Origin: a virus
Lineage: Duplodnaviria; Caudoviricetes
IMG/VR virus record: IMGVR_UViG_3300034111_001022
Coordinates: 1 to 56,372 of that record
Strand: one strand, 5' to 3'
DNA length: 56,372 bases
Shown: one piece after another, positions 35,688 through 45,794 of the stretch
Numbering within the stretch: the stretch's first letter is position 1
Layout: each line of letters opens with the position of its first letter
The notes under the pieces: generated by a model
What the model was told of the DNA's origin: nothing
What the model saw: the letters and a program-made list of their open reading frames with translations, nothing else
The model's database searches: none
Translations under genes and position numbers: made by a program

Positions 35688-36767
35688 TTAGAACGTACCG
35701 CCGTTAATTGCGCCAACAACAGCTGCGGCAGAAGTAGGCCATACGTCTGAACCATCGCAATAAGTAATAATGTGATCGCCACGTACCAACGCCAGCTCAT
35801 TGCCTAAGGCTTTTTGTGCAGCCGTAGCGATTGATAATACGTCACCGTTGTCTACGGTGTTGTTGTATACCCAGTATTGCTGAACGGTAGGCGGCACAAT
35901 CACCGTAATTGAAGCACCAAGTGTACCTTCAAAACCATACCCTACTCGATTTAACTCAGAACCGGCCAATACATAATCTGTTGCTACAGTGTCTAAATCA
36001 ACAACAATGTATTCAAAAGCAAACGAGGCCCCTTGGCCAAATCCGACGGTGTAGTAGTTAGTACCATCACAAAGAATAAAGGCTGAAAAGCCAGGGTTAA
36101 ATGTTAATGAAGACAACCCGTCAATTGTTTCAGAAGCAAAAGGTACTAACGAAATAGACGCCTCGCCAGAGTTGCGAAGTTGCACAAACCAATCGTTGCC
36201 TACAACAGATGGATCAGGCAGCGTTACTGTGACTCCAGCGGCGGACAATTCAAAGTTAAACATTTGAGCCCGGTCTGTGTCAGCCAAAGCAAAGCTACTT
36301 GTAAATCCGGTAACGTTAGCACTTTGAGCCAACCTAGAGTTAATCGCTTTAAGGCCCGCACCAGCTAAAGCTGAGGCGTTAGCAGTAGATGTACCTGCAC
36401 CAAATTGATAAACCTCAAATACACCAGCTAATGTTGTATTGTTTGCTAAATAAATTTGCCACTGCGTGCCAGGATCAAGCGAAACAATCTGCGTACCGCC
36501 GGCATCATTAATAATAACAACTTGACTAGACAAGTTGTTAAATAAGGTAGTGTCACCAATAGAAGTACGACGCGCGTCAGGCATCGTGATGACCCAGTTA
36601 GCAGCCGTAGAGCTATCAATTTGAACAATGCTAGAGGCAATTGGTTGATTTGGCTGGGCCTCTTGTGGCCACCAAAGGGTAATGCTTGCGGTTAAATCTA
36701 CCTTAGTAAGGGAGATGTCGGTCGGATAGATATTTGATCCGGTAAACACGTCTACATAGGTTGTCAT
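35688..36767 (-). CDS. Putative tail structural protein
   Basis: Repeated beta modules (TLPD...), between adaptor and nozzle genes. Confidence 0.55.
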   Translation of the reverse strand: MTTYVDVFTGSNIYPTDISLTKVDLTASITLWWPQEAQPNQPIASSIVQIDSSTAANWVITMPDARRTSIGDTTLFNNLSSQVVIINDAGGTQIVSLDPGTQWQIYLANNTTLAGVFEVYQFGAGTSTANASALAGAGLKAINSRLAQSANVTGFTSSFALADTDRAQMFNFELSAAGVTVTLPDPSVVGNDWFVQLRNSGEASISLVPFASETIDGLSSLTFNPGFSAFILCDGTNYYTVGFGQGASFAFEYIVVDLDTVATDYVLAGSELNRVGYGFEGTLGASITVIVPPTVQQYWVYNNTVDNGDVLSIATAAQKALGNELALVRGDHIITYCDGSDVWPTSAAAVVGAINGGTF

Positions 36768-36770
36768 TTG

Positions 36771-37415
36771 TTAGGCCTCCGTTCTAGTCGCGTCGCGATC
36801 TAGAATTTTGTTTAGGTCTTCGTTATTAATAGCTTGAGCTGCGCGATCATAGAACGCTTGCCAAGTTTGAATGCGGTCATCATTCTTAAGGAACGGGGTA
36901 GCCTCTAACAATGCGCCGTATAACAATAAGTTTGGAGCAAACGCAGACAACCAATTTGTTTGATTCTCATCGTCTAGAAGAGGTGGCAATTGATAGTAAA
37001 GGATTTCGGCAGTGTAATCAGTGTCTGGAGTAGGTACAATTAGCCAGTGGCTGTAGTCGTAGTCAGCATAAAACTCAGGCTGACCTGTTTGTGATTCATC
37101 AGGCCAGTAATTGCGGCAATACTCATAGGATCTAGTAAACACCGGCACGCGGCCAGCATCTGTATCTACAAATACGCTAATTGTGTCGCGCCAACGATCA
37201 GGTTTTGAGTAAACTGAGACGCCAGTGACAAAATCAGTGGCTACGGCTGAGATAAAACCTTGGATTTTTAATTCACGAGCAATGCGGCGCTCGGCACGAT
37301 TGATTAACCGTGGTAGCTGCTCGTAAACGTACGGATCGTCTTCTTCAGTAAAGCCGCGCTCTAAATACTGACGTAAATCCTGTTTCAAGCTATCAAAAGT
37401 TGTCACATAAGCCAT
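36771..37415 (-). CDS. Head-tail adaptor-like protein
   Basis: LINRAERRI, GQPEFY, PTPD, NWLS..APNLLLYGALLEA pattern. Confidence 0.65.
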   Translation of the reverse strand: MAYVTTFDSLKQDLRQYLERGFTEEDDPYVYEQLPRLINRAERRIARELKIQGFISAVATDFVTGVSVYSKPDRWRDTISVFVDTDAGRVPVFTRSYEYCRNYWPDESQTGQPEFYADYDYSHWLIVPTPDTDYTAEILYYQLPPLLDDENQTNWLSAFAPNLLLYGALLEATPFLKNDDRIQTWQAFYDRAAQAINNEDLNKILDRDATRTEA

Positions 37416-37491
37416 AATGATCCCTCACTAGTGACTTGCTCTAGACAGCATGTCGACAGTACTATTAATTTTCAGCCTATTATAAGGCATA

Positions 37492-37983
37492 CTACGATAA
37501 AAACAAAGCCTTCTCGTCTTTTCTACGAGTGTCTAAACCTTTTAAGACCTTACCACCAGCTTTGTTATACTTGAGTAAGCTTTCCATAGCCCCTGTTTTA
37601 TCGCCACGATTGATTTTTTGACGAACGGGACTTCTTTGCATCCAGCCACTGCCAAGATTGTAAACAGCAGATATAAGAGCGTTAAATTCATTTTGTCTAA
37701 GCGGAACAGTAATGTATCGGTCAACTGCTCGCTCAAATCGTACGACATCCTTAACCAATAATGCGTCAATTTCTTCTTTACTCCATATACGATTGTCTTC
37801 AGGCTTTAATGGGAACGCTTTACGGGCAGCCATCCCTTCAGGTGTAGAGGGTATCTTTAACTGCTCCGCATACATAGCATGGCCGTAACCAATTGTCCAG
37901 ATTCCAGCTGCGCACTGATAGGGCTTCTTACGAAAACCCTCGTGGTGCTTTAGTAACTTAAGACCTTCTTCACTTACTTTCAT
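37492..37983 (-). CDS. Endolysin, GH24 (T4/P21-like) lysozyme
   Basis: HEG...YQCAAGIWTIGYGH (E-x8-C-x5-T), YNLG, GL..RRKDE. Confidence 0.9.
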   Translation of the reverse strand: MKVSEEGLKLLKHHEGFRKKPYQCAAGIWTIGYGHAMYAEQLKIPSTPEGMAARKAFPLKPEDNRIWSKEEIDALLVKDVVRFERAVDRYITVPLRQNEFNALISAVYNLGSGWMQRSPVRQKINRGDKTGAMESLLKYNKAGGKVLKGLDTRRKDEKALFLS

Positions 37984-38468
37984 TACTTCTTATTCCAACC
38001 ATCACGACCGTAGTAAAAACCTACTATCGTAAAAGTAATAGCCATTTCATCGGCACTAAATACTAATTCAAGTGCGGTGTTAAAATCCACACCAGTCTTC
38101 ATAGCCCAAAACAACGACACCAAGTTGATTACTAAAAGCTCACCTACAAATATAAAAGCAATAGCAGGGCGAACAATAGCATTAAAGTTAACAACCCATT
38201 GTGAGGCTTTAGATACAACGGCAGTATCATGTGCGTGTAGGGCTTCTGTCTCGCGGATTTGTGCGTCTACTATGGTGCTTTCGTATTCAATCGCTGCAAT
38301 CTTTTCTTGTGATGCAAAGCCAGCTGCAGCCATAGCAAGTTCACGTTCGTTCTGCAAACGAGCCATAGTTAGCTCATGCTTTTGGTCGCCCTTTTGTTGA
38401 AAGAAACTTAAGACGCTTGGTAGACCTGCAGTAGCAAAGCCCATTAAACCTGATAGTATAGATAACAT
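37983..38468 (-). CDS. Putative holin-like membrane protein
   Basis: Hydrophobic N-terminus, VRP followed by two TM helices ending FYYGR; directly upstream of endolysin. Confidence 0.6.
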   Translation of the reverse strand: MLSILSGLMGFATAGLPSVLSFFQQKGDQKHELTMARLQNERELAMAAAGFASQEKIAAIEYESTIVDAQIRETEALHAHDTAVVSKASQWVVNFNAIVRPAIAFIFVGELLVINLVSLFWAMKTGVDFNTALELVFSADEMAITFTIVGFYYGRDGWNKK

Positions 38469-38470
38469 AA

Positions 38471-38941
38471 TTAATTCCCCAGTGGATTTGATGTTGCCCG
38501 TTTAAGAGCTTTTAGTTGTGACTCTATGCCTTCGCGGGTGGCTTTCATTTCCTCACGCACACCCATCAAGGACGCTGCCGTTTCACGCACGTTGCCGTTA
38601 GTGATAGCCTTGGCTTCATTAGCTGTACCGATAGCGTTTGACACCTTCTCTTGCATTGATACAAGCTGGTTAGAAGTAGTCACCATAGAGTCTTTAACCG
38701 TATTTACAGAAGACTGCTGGGCAGACAACTGCACCTTTAGTGCGTTGACATCTGCTTTCAGTTCTGCATCGTCATACGGCTTGGCCGCCTCAATCGCTTC
38801 AGTCGCAGCTATAACACGGTTGTAGGTCGTTATTCCTACGTAGATTGTTCCACCTATCGGCGCTAATACTCCAAAAAGAACTACTAATAGCGTTTTCGCT
38901 GAGTAATTCGAGAAGGATTCCTTGGTTTCCTCTAAGCTCAT
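38471..38941 (-). CDS. Membrane-anchored coiled-coil protein (i-spanin-like topology)
   Basis: AGGAG RBS at MSLEE; one TM helix then a long coiled coil. Confidence 0.55.
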   Translation of the reverse strand: MSLEETKESFSNYSAKTLLVVLFGVLAPIGGTIYVGITTYNRVIAATEAIEAAKPYDDAELKADVNALKVQLSAQQSSVNTVKDSMVTTSNQLVSMQEKVSNAIGTANEAKAITNGNVRETAASLMGVREEMKATREGIESQLKALKRATSNPLGN

Positions 38942-40031
38942 ATGGTAACTCCTGCTGGTATGCCAGTGCATCGTTCAACTGAATCTCTTGAGTCTGCATT
39001 GGCTTGTTTAAAATTTCTAGGCTCAACACTATCCCAAACCCTGGCACCAGCTCCTTGCCCTTGGGTACCTGTGGCTGCGATGTAGTCGGCGTAGTCCCGC
39101 TCGATGTAGTCGGTGACGGTGTTGCACTCACCGCTGGTTGTGTTGAAGTGCTGGCTGATGATGCTGCCGGCGCAGCTGTTGCTGGTGGTGGCGCCTCTGC
39201 TGCTGGAGGCGGTGCTTCTGCAGGTGGTGGCGCTTCCACAGGTGGCGGTTCCGGTGGTGGCTCCGGTGCAGGGGCAGGAGGCATTGCTTCCTGGGTCGCA
39301 GGCACACTTAACGGACTCGCAGGGTTTACCGGGCTGCTCATGTTCGTTGGATTGGTTGCACTCTTGACGCACGAGTTCATTGTTTCCGTCCAAGGAGAAA
39401 CCACAGGCTGACTGTAAGGTGTAGGACAAGTCGTTGTCTGTTGTTCTGTTATCGTTCCCACAAACCCTGCTTGACATGCTACTTGCCTTTCTTCGACGTT
39501 TGCTTGGCAGGTTGCTGGCGCTGCTTGGCACGACCTTGCGATTTCAAACCAGCCGGAGTCGACTGGAGAACCATAGGGGTCTGGGCAGTTTTGTTCTTTC
39601 TTGAACGTGATCGAGCCGACTTGGTTGACCCCACAGGTCTGCCTCTCTTCGGTGACGACGCTGTAGGTGCAGGTTGGTGGATTTGGAGTACAGTTATTAG
39701 ACGCGGTAGTCCAAGGCGTATAGCTTTCACTTTGGCACTGATAAGTGCGCGACTGGTTGATAATGCCTGAGTAATTAGGCTCACAAGCCAAGCTTTGATA
39801 CTCAACACGGTCTGAACAACTTGGCGGCAGAGGCTGCCCGCACTCTGGTATACCTGGGTAAAGTTGACAAGCAAGCTGTTGACAAGCTTGCAACGTAGTG
39901 CCTTGAGCGACGCCAAGACTTGAGTATACAGGGCCGTAATCCGCCCACTGATTTGCGAAACAATATGCGTAAACATAACTACTCCTTAGAAGAATCAGGC
40001 AGAGGAGTGATAAGGACAAAGTCTTTGCCAT
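38799..40031 (-). CDS. Secreted Cys-rich repeat protein with Pro/Thr-rich stalk
   Basis: GAGG RBS at MAKT; signal peptide; three Cys-patterned repeats; PPAPAPEPPPEPPP tract. Confidence 0.65.
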   Translation of the reverse strand: MAKTLSLSLLCLILLRSSYVYAYCFANQWADYGPVYSSLGVAQGTTLQACQQLACQLYPGIPECGQPLPPSCSDRVEYQSLACEPNYSGIINQSRTYQCQSESYTPWTTASNNCTPNPPTCTYSVVTEERQTCGVNQVGSITFKKEQNCPDPYGSPVDSGWFEIARSCQAAPATCQANVEERQVACQAGFVGTITEQQTTTCPTPYSQPVVSPWTETMNSCVKSATNPTNMSSPVNPASPLSVPATQEAMPPAPAPEPPPEPPPVEAPPPAEAPPPAAEAPPPATAAPAASSASTSTQPAVSATPSPTTSSGTTPTTSQPQVPKGKELVPGFGIVLSLEILNKPMQTQEIQLNDALAYQQELPYELRGNQGILLELLSENAISSSFWSISADRWNNLRRNNDLQPCYSCD

Positions 40032-40461
40032 ATATTTCCTCAAACCAGTTTGGATGTAAGTCATACCATGCCTTTCTTGCTGCATCACCAATAGCACCCC
40101 CTATAGGACAAGGACTGCCGCTCATCTCCATTGCAACCCAGTTGTCATGGTTGGCAGCACAAGCAAGGGACACCGCCGCTACCTTGAGGCCACTGTCACT
40201 TAGAAACTTAGCCCAACGAAGTTTAACGCAGTTGTTATCTGTGACCATTGTACCCCCAGCGACAGAGAATATACCGCCATTGACAGCGCCACTGATACCA
40301 ATACTACATACGTCTTGACTAAAGGCTGACATCGATGGGGCCATAGCAGATGGCACTGGTTGACCCTTATAGTTGATGGTAGTCTCATCTGCATACGCCA
40401 CTTCAACCGCTAATAAGCCGCCTAATAGTAGACTTAATAAAAATAATGTTAGCTTTTTCAT
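39979..40461 (-). CDS. Secreted Cys-containing conserved phage protein
   Basis: MKKLTLFLLSLLLGGLLAVEVAYA signal peptide; four Cys. Confidence 0.7.
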   Translation of the reverse strand: MKKLTLFLLSLLLGGLLAVEVAYADETTINYKGQPVPSAMAPSMSAFSQDVCSIGISGAVNGGIFSVAGGTMVTDNNCVKLRWAKFLSDSGLKVAAVSLACAANHDNWVAMEMSGSPCPIGGAIGDAARKAWYDLHPNWFEEIYGKDFVLITPLPDSSKE

Positions 40462-40619
40462 TTGAGCATCTGCGATAACAAAAACACGATGATAAAACCT
40501 GCAGTGCCAATTAGTATTTGCTCTAAACGTTTTAAGCGAGCATTAATAGTCTCATACCGAAAAGCACAAACAGCCTCGTGTGAATTAAGACGTGCGTCAG
40601 TTTCGTTGATAGATGCCAT
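40458..40619 (-). CDS. Small membrane protein (53 aa; holin/XhlA-like; not in ORF track)
   Basis: MASINETDARLNSHEAVCAFRYETINARLKRLEQILIGTAGFIIVFLLSQMLK; ATGA overlap. Confidence 0.7.
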   Translation of the reverse strand: MASINETDARLNSHEAVCAFRYETINARLKRLEQILIGTAGFIIVFLLSQMLK

Positions 40620-40623
40620 TTGT

Positions 40624-41088
40624 TTAGTACCCTTCTGGCCAAATCGCCTCGACCGCTGCCACAGCGTCTACATTAGCGGCGTTGTTAATAGAATTTACTG
40701 CAGCCTTTGATGCTGCACGCACTGCGTCTCGCCAAGCTACAACCTCTGGCTTGTAAGCTGGATCGCGCAAGTTGCGTGCATCAACATAGTCTGTGCCGCT
40801 TAACGTAGCCTTAACGTGTGACTTGATTTGATCAATACGGACAGCCTTAACGTTATCCAAATCGCGTGGATCGGCCACGTAAGTAAGCGTGCCGTTCTCT
40901 AAAACAGTCGAGTTGCTGTAGTAAAGTTCAGGCTTAGGTGCACCAATTACTTGAACAGGGACCACGCCAAGTGCAGCTAAATCTTCCTCTGATGCTAGGT
41001 TAAACCAGTTAGCCGGGTACTGAATATCATCAACTGTAAAGGCCACTCCGCGTGGGATGTATTGATTTGATTGTGCTCTATAAAACAT
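40624..41088 (-). CDS. Tail fibre assembly/chaperone-like protein
   Basis: QYPANWF, LSGTDY..WRDAVR, terminal WP; follows a fibre gene. Confidence 0.6.
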   Translation of the reverse strand: MFYRAQSNQYIPRGVAFTVDDIQYPANWFNLASEEDLAALGVVPVQVIGAPKPELYYSNSTVLENGTLTYVADPRDLDNVKAVRIDQIKSHVKATLSGTDYVDARNLRDPAYKPEVVAWRDAVRAASKAAVNSINNAANVDAVAAVEAIWPEGY

Positions 41089-41092
41089 TGTG

Positions 41093-43432
41093 TTACCTCG
41101 CGTTAGTATAGTTAAACGGATTTTCAGCAAAGGCCATGTAAGTGTAGACCACCGTGCTAGTGTTAATGCCCACGTTAGTGCCTCTAATTTTAAAGCCGTT
41201 ACATAAGAAGTCTACATCCACTGCGGTAGCTCCAACAGCTGTAGCGTCTGGGTAAAGCTCTTCTCCTAGCACATTATATGTGTTTCTAGCACTATCTAAA
41301 ACATACCAATTTCGAGCGGTGCTTGTAATAGCCTTAATTAAAATATACTTAGGAGTAAAATCACAAAAAACCAACGCTCCCGTTAAATTATCACCTGTTC
41401 CAGTGTACGCACCAAATTGAGAAAACCCTGGTGTTTCAGCAAAAACGTAAGCCACATAGTCTGATAAATTGGCGTTAACTATTGCATTTGATCCAATCGT
41501 AAAGGTAGTGGTTGTTGGAGAAGTATTATTCCAAACGGTAGTATCGGTTGTAGGATTAGCTGTAGTATTTAAGATTAAATATGCTTGTTCAGGGGCGACC
41601 ACACTTGAAATAGAAGAGCTATAAACAGCCCAGTTAGCAGCGGTTGTTGTTAATCGTTTAACAATAATCATATCAGGCGAAACACCTAGATTATGCGATA
41701 TTGCTTGAGATGTACCATTCCCTACGTATGTGACAATGTCAAACCCAGCAGATGGTGATTCTTTCCAGGTCCAAGCGACATACTTAGACGCAGACGCATT
41801 TAAGTTATCGTTGGTCGCAGAACCTTTAGCCAGCGTTAAACCGGTGCCAGTAAATGCAGAGGCGTTACCGGCAGTACCTAGCGTGTCATCTTGTGTGTTA
41901 GTAAGATTTGAATAAATAGTCTTAAGTGACGTAGATCCTGCTCCGCGAACAGTATCGAACAAGAAGTGATTACCTACTGCAACGTCTCTACGTTTTAACC
42001 AAAAAAAGTTAGGCGTAAAGTTGCCATTCTGTAAAACTTCTCTAGAGACAGTGCCGTCACCTGTGTATAACAACGCATCAAAATATCTATTTGGAACTGT
42101 AATGCCATACAATGGTTTTGTGTAAGCGCAAAGAGGTGTGCCTACTTCAGAGGGCGTGTACACATAAGTATATTGACCAAAGTTAGCTGTTGTTACTACC
42201 GAATAAAATGTTCCAGCCAAATATTGATCTTGTTTTCTAACATAAAGCGACGTGTTTGCGGTAAAACTAAACGATCCCTGGAGGGTGTTGTTTTTATAAA
42301 AGTATACATTGCCACCGTTGATATCTACAACCATACCTATTACATCGGCAGTGGTGTACGTTGCACCCGTGGCAACCGTTGATCCTGATAAATTTACAAT
42401 GGCTCCGTCAGATTTGTAATACCCAAAAGAACTACTTGCTACACCAATGTAAATGCGACCAGTGCCAGACACACTACCTATTGTAAATTCAATGTAATAC
42501 TTGCCTGTTTTGCCTGTGCTAATGCTAGAGGTTACTGTCGCTATAGTATTTCCACCGCCACCACTAGTCGTTGTTGCTGTATACGTATTGCCAAGACGGA
42601 TTGTTATAGATGGAAGTCCTGTGGCTGAAAAATTACCCCAGTTTGCAAAGTTGCCATAAATTTTACCGTCAGCTACCCCTACAACAGGAGAGTCTGTGCT
42701 TGGTGTCATACTTGATGAGTTTATTGATGTCCAATTATTTCCTAGACCTGAATTATCTGTCCCGTAGCCACTAGCTTGCCCAGTTGCAAACGTTAAATAG
42801 TAACCAGTTGTGCCATACGAACCCGTATATTTAATAGGCTGCCATTGGTTATATGTCGCAGTGCTGTACCCAAAAGAAGACGCAGACAACGCTGCATTAT
42901 CAATAAAATTAAACTCAGCAAAAATACTATTAAGATTATAAATGTAGGCTGACGAAACATAATCATAGTAAGAACCAATGGTTGTTACGTTGGTGTCATT
43001 GATAAGCTGGTTAGTGTTTTGCGGAGGATACGTACTGCCCGCAGTGTTAGGTATTAACGCACCATTTACATAAAATTTAACACGGTTGGCGGCTGTAGCT
43101 TGCGTCATGTCAATGGTTAAAACAACGTGATACCAGGCGCTAGGATCGCGTAAAAAACTATTGCTTGTTGCAGTGTATAACGTGCCAGCATTAAATTTAT
43201 AGGTTAACGCACCATCTACAAGAGAAAAGTTATTGTAGTTAGTAGAAGATGTTCCTGTTCCAATAATTGGCTCAGTCCCAGTTACGTCAGTAGCCTTCAT
43301 CCAAAAAGACAAAGTGAACGTCTTTTGATTGCCCGCAGAAGCTAGAGTTTTGCTTAAATACGCACCGCTTGAAAAAATCAACGCGCTTTTAATTAAATAC
43401 GGATTGGCTGATCCAGCGGAATAGACAAGCAT
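41093..43432 (-). CDS. Tail fibre/adhesin with ConA-like lectin and SPRY-like domains
   Basis: FTLSFW...RDPSAWYHVV...KFYVNG; GKYYIEF...DVIGMVVD...FYKNN; start re-assigned to MLVY. Confidence 0.7.
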   Translation of the reverse strand: MLVYSAGSANPYLIKSALIFSSGAYLSKTLASAGNQKTFTLSFWMKATDVTGTEPIIGTGTSSTNYNNFSLVDGALTYKFNAGTLYTATSNSFLRDPSAWYHVVLTIDMTQATAANRVKFYVNGALIPNTAGSTYPPQNTNQLINDTNVTTIGSYYDYVSSAYIYNLNSIFAEFNFIDNAALSASSFGYSTATYNQWQPIKYTGSYGTTGYYLTFATGQASGYGTDNSGLGNNWTSINSSSMTPSTDSPVVGVADGKIYGNFANWGNFSATGLPSITIRLGNTYTATTTSGGGGNTIATVTSSISTGKTGKYYIEFTIGSVSGTGRIYIGVASSSFGYYKSDGAIVNLSGSTVATGATYTTADVIGMVVDINGGNVYFYKNNTLQGSFSFTANTSLYVRKQDQYLAGTFYSVVTTANFGQYTYVYTPSEVGTPLCAYTKPLYGITVPNRYFDALLYTGDGTVSREVLQNGNFTPNFFWLKRRDVAVGNHFLFDTVRGAGSTSLKTIYSNLTNTQDDTLGTAGNASAFTGTGLTLAKGSATNDNLNASASKYVAWTWKESPSAGFDIVTYVGNGTSQAISHNLGVSPDMIIVKRLTTTAANWAVYSSSISSVVAPEQAYLILNTTANPTTDTTVWNNTSPTTTTFTIGSNAIVNANLSDYVAYVFAETPGFSQFGAYTGTGDNLTGALVFCDFTPKYILIKAITSTARNWYVLDSARNTYNVLGEELYPDATAVGATAVDVDFLCNGFKIRGTNVGINTSTVVYTYMAFAENPFNYTNAR

Positions 43433-44634
43433 TATGCAACCCCTAAAGAACGACCTTGTTCGTACAAGTTCGTGCCGTCTGATCGGAACACAAAGTAATC
43501 TTTTGCCCCAGCGGCTGTGGATAAAATAGGGGATGCCCCGCCATTCCATTTAAACACGCTGTTCCAGGTAAGTGTATTAGATCCTGCATTTTGAATAACA
43601 GCCAATGCGTAAAAACCACCACTCACGAGATTGGTTGGCGCACCAACAGTTCTGTTAGATGACACAAAAGTAAACGTTGCCACTTGCCCGTTTTGAGTGT
43701 CCCAAGCAATGGTGGTTGCATCTGTTAATGCAATGTTTGGTGAGTAGCCTGTTCCAACAACGGCCAACTTGGCACTTGGTGAGGATGTTCCTAAGCCTAC
43801 AAATCCGCCTGACACACCTGTGCCACCAGTGATGGCCATTTTAATGGTGTCGTTAGTTCTGACGTAAAGCGGAACGTCAGTGACTGTACCAAAGTCTACT
43901 TCACCTGAAGTGGCATAAAAACTACCTATTCTTGTAGCGTTGACGCTTAAATCAAGCACTGGCGATGTCGTAGCTCCAACTACAAAATTGACGTATCCAG
44001 TGCCATAATTGACAGGCGCTGACCCAACACCTAAATTGCCATTGGTATCTAACTGTACGCGTTGAGCGCCACCCGTGTATAAAGCCAGCGGTAAATACGA
44101 TCCTGAACCTAATTTTCCAGCAGCCAATATAGAGGCTGTAGCATTGACCAATACTTGTGTGGTAGATGAATTGGTTGGCGTGCTATTATTAATAGCTGTG
44201 AATCCTGAGCTTGCACTAGTTCCGTTTGGAATAGCAGCAATAGACGTGTCGCCGTTGACAGTGCTTGATTTAAACAACACCTGGTTGGCAATAGTCCCGT
44301 TGCTGAAATCACCAAGGATGCGATTGCCTGTAGACGTAAATGTTAAGTCGTTAGAGATATTGACGTCTACAAACGTTCCTGTGGTAATCGGTGTAATCCC
44401 GCCAATTGTAACGTTATCAATTGTGCCACCAGTGATGGCCACATCATCTGCGTCTTGGCTGCCCAAAGAGCCAACCATCGTGACAACAGCAGAGGTGCTG
44501 CTTATTAAAGAATAAATCTTTTTATCGGTAACGTTGACAGCTAGCTCACCCTGTTTTAAATTACCGGCAAGTGGCACCGCAGCTGCTGTGGCGCTGTTGT
44601 ATAAAATAATTTCTGTGGATCCTGGTGCGGCCAT
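43432..44634 (-). CDS. Tail fibre protein
   Basis: GELAVNVTDKKIY, GNLGVG, VGLGTSSPSAKL fibre repeats. Confidence 0.75.
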   Translation of the reverse strand: MAAPGSTEIILYNSATAAAVPLAGNLKQGELAVNVTDKKIYSLISSTSAVVTMVGSLGSQDADDVAITGGTIDNVTIGGITPITTGTFVDVNISNDLTFTSTGNRILGDFSNGTIANQVLFKSSTVNGDTSIAAIPNGTSASSGFTAINNSTPTNSSTTQVLVNATASILAAGKLGSGSYLPLALYTGGAQRVQLDTNGNLGVGSAPVNYGTGYVNFVVGATTSPVLDLSVNATRIGSFYATSGEVDFGTVTDVPLYVRTNDTIKMAITGGTGVSGGFVGLGTSSPSAKLAVVGTGYSPNIALTDATTIAWDTQNGQVATFTFVSSNRTVGAPTNLVSGGFYALAVIQNAGSNTLTWNSVFKWNGGASPILSTAAGAKDYFVFRSDGTNLYEQGRSLGVA

Positions 44635-44636
44635 GT

Positions 44637-44879
44637 TTAATTACCTCCTGTTGCAGCAAACGCTTGATTTGCTTTTTCAATCAACCTATCAAGGTCTCCT
44701 GAACTTGTTAAATCATCAAAAATAGATGACAGTATTATATCTTTTTCAGGGTCTGTTTGCACAAAAGACGCAACGCTGTGACCAGCGTCGTTAGGGTTAT
44801 AGATATTTATTTGATTTGCCGCATTATTTGGAACGACTGATATGCGTATTTTATAGTTTTGGTATTCAAAATATTCCAT
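44637..44879 (-). CDS. Hypothetical protein in fibre cluster
   Basis: AGGA RBS, 80 aa. Confidence 0.6.
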   Translation of the reverse strand: MEYFEYQNYKIRISVVPNNAANQINIYNPNDAGHSVASFVQTDPEKDIILSSIFDDLTSSGDLDRLIEKANQAFAATGGN

Positions 44880-44887
44880 AATTTTTC

Positions 44888-45775
44888 CTAAACGGATATA
44901 ACTTTAACTTCGTATGCATAGGTAGTAAAAGAAGTGCCAGCCGGGGAAGTTCTATTAGTAAAGCGTAATAAGACTTGTGTAGCTGTTACAATTGTTTGCA
45001 CTTTTACAGCATTGACAGCACCAGCAGGGAAGTTGGTAGCGTCAGAGTTATATGCTGCATACATAAGGACTGCTCCAGCAATTGCATATGTTGACCCTGT
45101 ATAGTTAATGTTTTGTGCCCAAGCCTTAAACAGTCTATTTATTGTAACAGGAGTAGCTGGATTATCTACGTACACTCCGTTAACCCTAGCTTCCATAAAA
45201 TAATTAGAAAGTAGATTAGCACTAAAATACCCTGTGATATCTACATCGATAGTAGTGTCCCCACCCCCCATAGTTAGTGAACCCGCAAAAGTAACTCCAT
45301 TACCTTGGGAAAATTGCCCATCAACACCTATACTCATAAAAGTCGATTGTAAGCTAGTTGCGCTTACAGTAGACCCCGATATTGCTAATCCTTGCGTTAA
45401 TGTTGTGGTGTTAGAGGTTGCGGTGTAAAACCGTAATGACGTTCCGCCTGTTGCAGATGTTGCATAAGCTGAAATTTTAGCTCTGACCCCGTTAGCGTTT
45501 GTGCTGTTATCGTTACCAAAAAATTCAACGTTTCCTAGGAAATTGCCTATAGCAACAGAAGTTAGTGTGTTTTCTAAACGTACTGTACCGCCGGAGGTCG
45601 TTCCGTTGGCTATGTGTAAATCAGTAACTGGAACAGCTTTATTAATACCAACTTTATTTGCCCCATCGGTTACTAGGGTATTTGACGCTACATTAAGCGT
45701 GTCTGTACCTGCGTCCCCTAGTACGGCGTTGCCCGTGGAAGTAATTCCTGTTGTTCCATCTAAAACTATAGCCAT
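44888..45775 (-). CDS. Tail fibre-like protein
   Basis: KVGINKAVPVTDLHI and LRFYT fibre motifs. Confidence 0.7.
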   Translation of the reverse strand: MAIVLDGTTGITSTGNAVLGDAGTDTLNVASNTLVTDGANKVGINKAVPVTDLHIANGTTSGGTVRLENTLTSVAIGNFLGNVEFFGNDNSTNANGVRAKISAYATSATGGTSLRFYTATSNTTTLTQGLAISGSTVSATSLQSTFMSIGVDGQFSQGNGVTFAGSLTMGGGDTTIDVDITGYFSANLLSNYFMEARVNGVYVDNPATPVTINRLFKAWAQNINYTGSTYAIAGAVLMYAAYNSDATNFPAGAVNAVKVQTIVTATQVLLRFTNRTSPAGTSFTTYAYEVKVISV

Positions 45776-45794
45776 AGTGTTTCCTTAATTTGCT

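Noticed and set aside
37492-37983. Inactive endolysin because Cys replaces the catalytic Asp
   Set aside because: E-x8-C-x5-T is a known active variant (e.g. phage P1 Lyz)
38938-39976. Alternative-frame ORFs of 197 and 165 aa inside the Cys/Pro-rich gene
   Set aside because: Low-complexity sequence explains the open frames; no clear RBS or lipobox, though a nested spanin cannot be fully excluded
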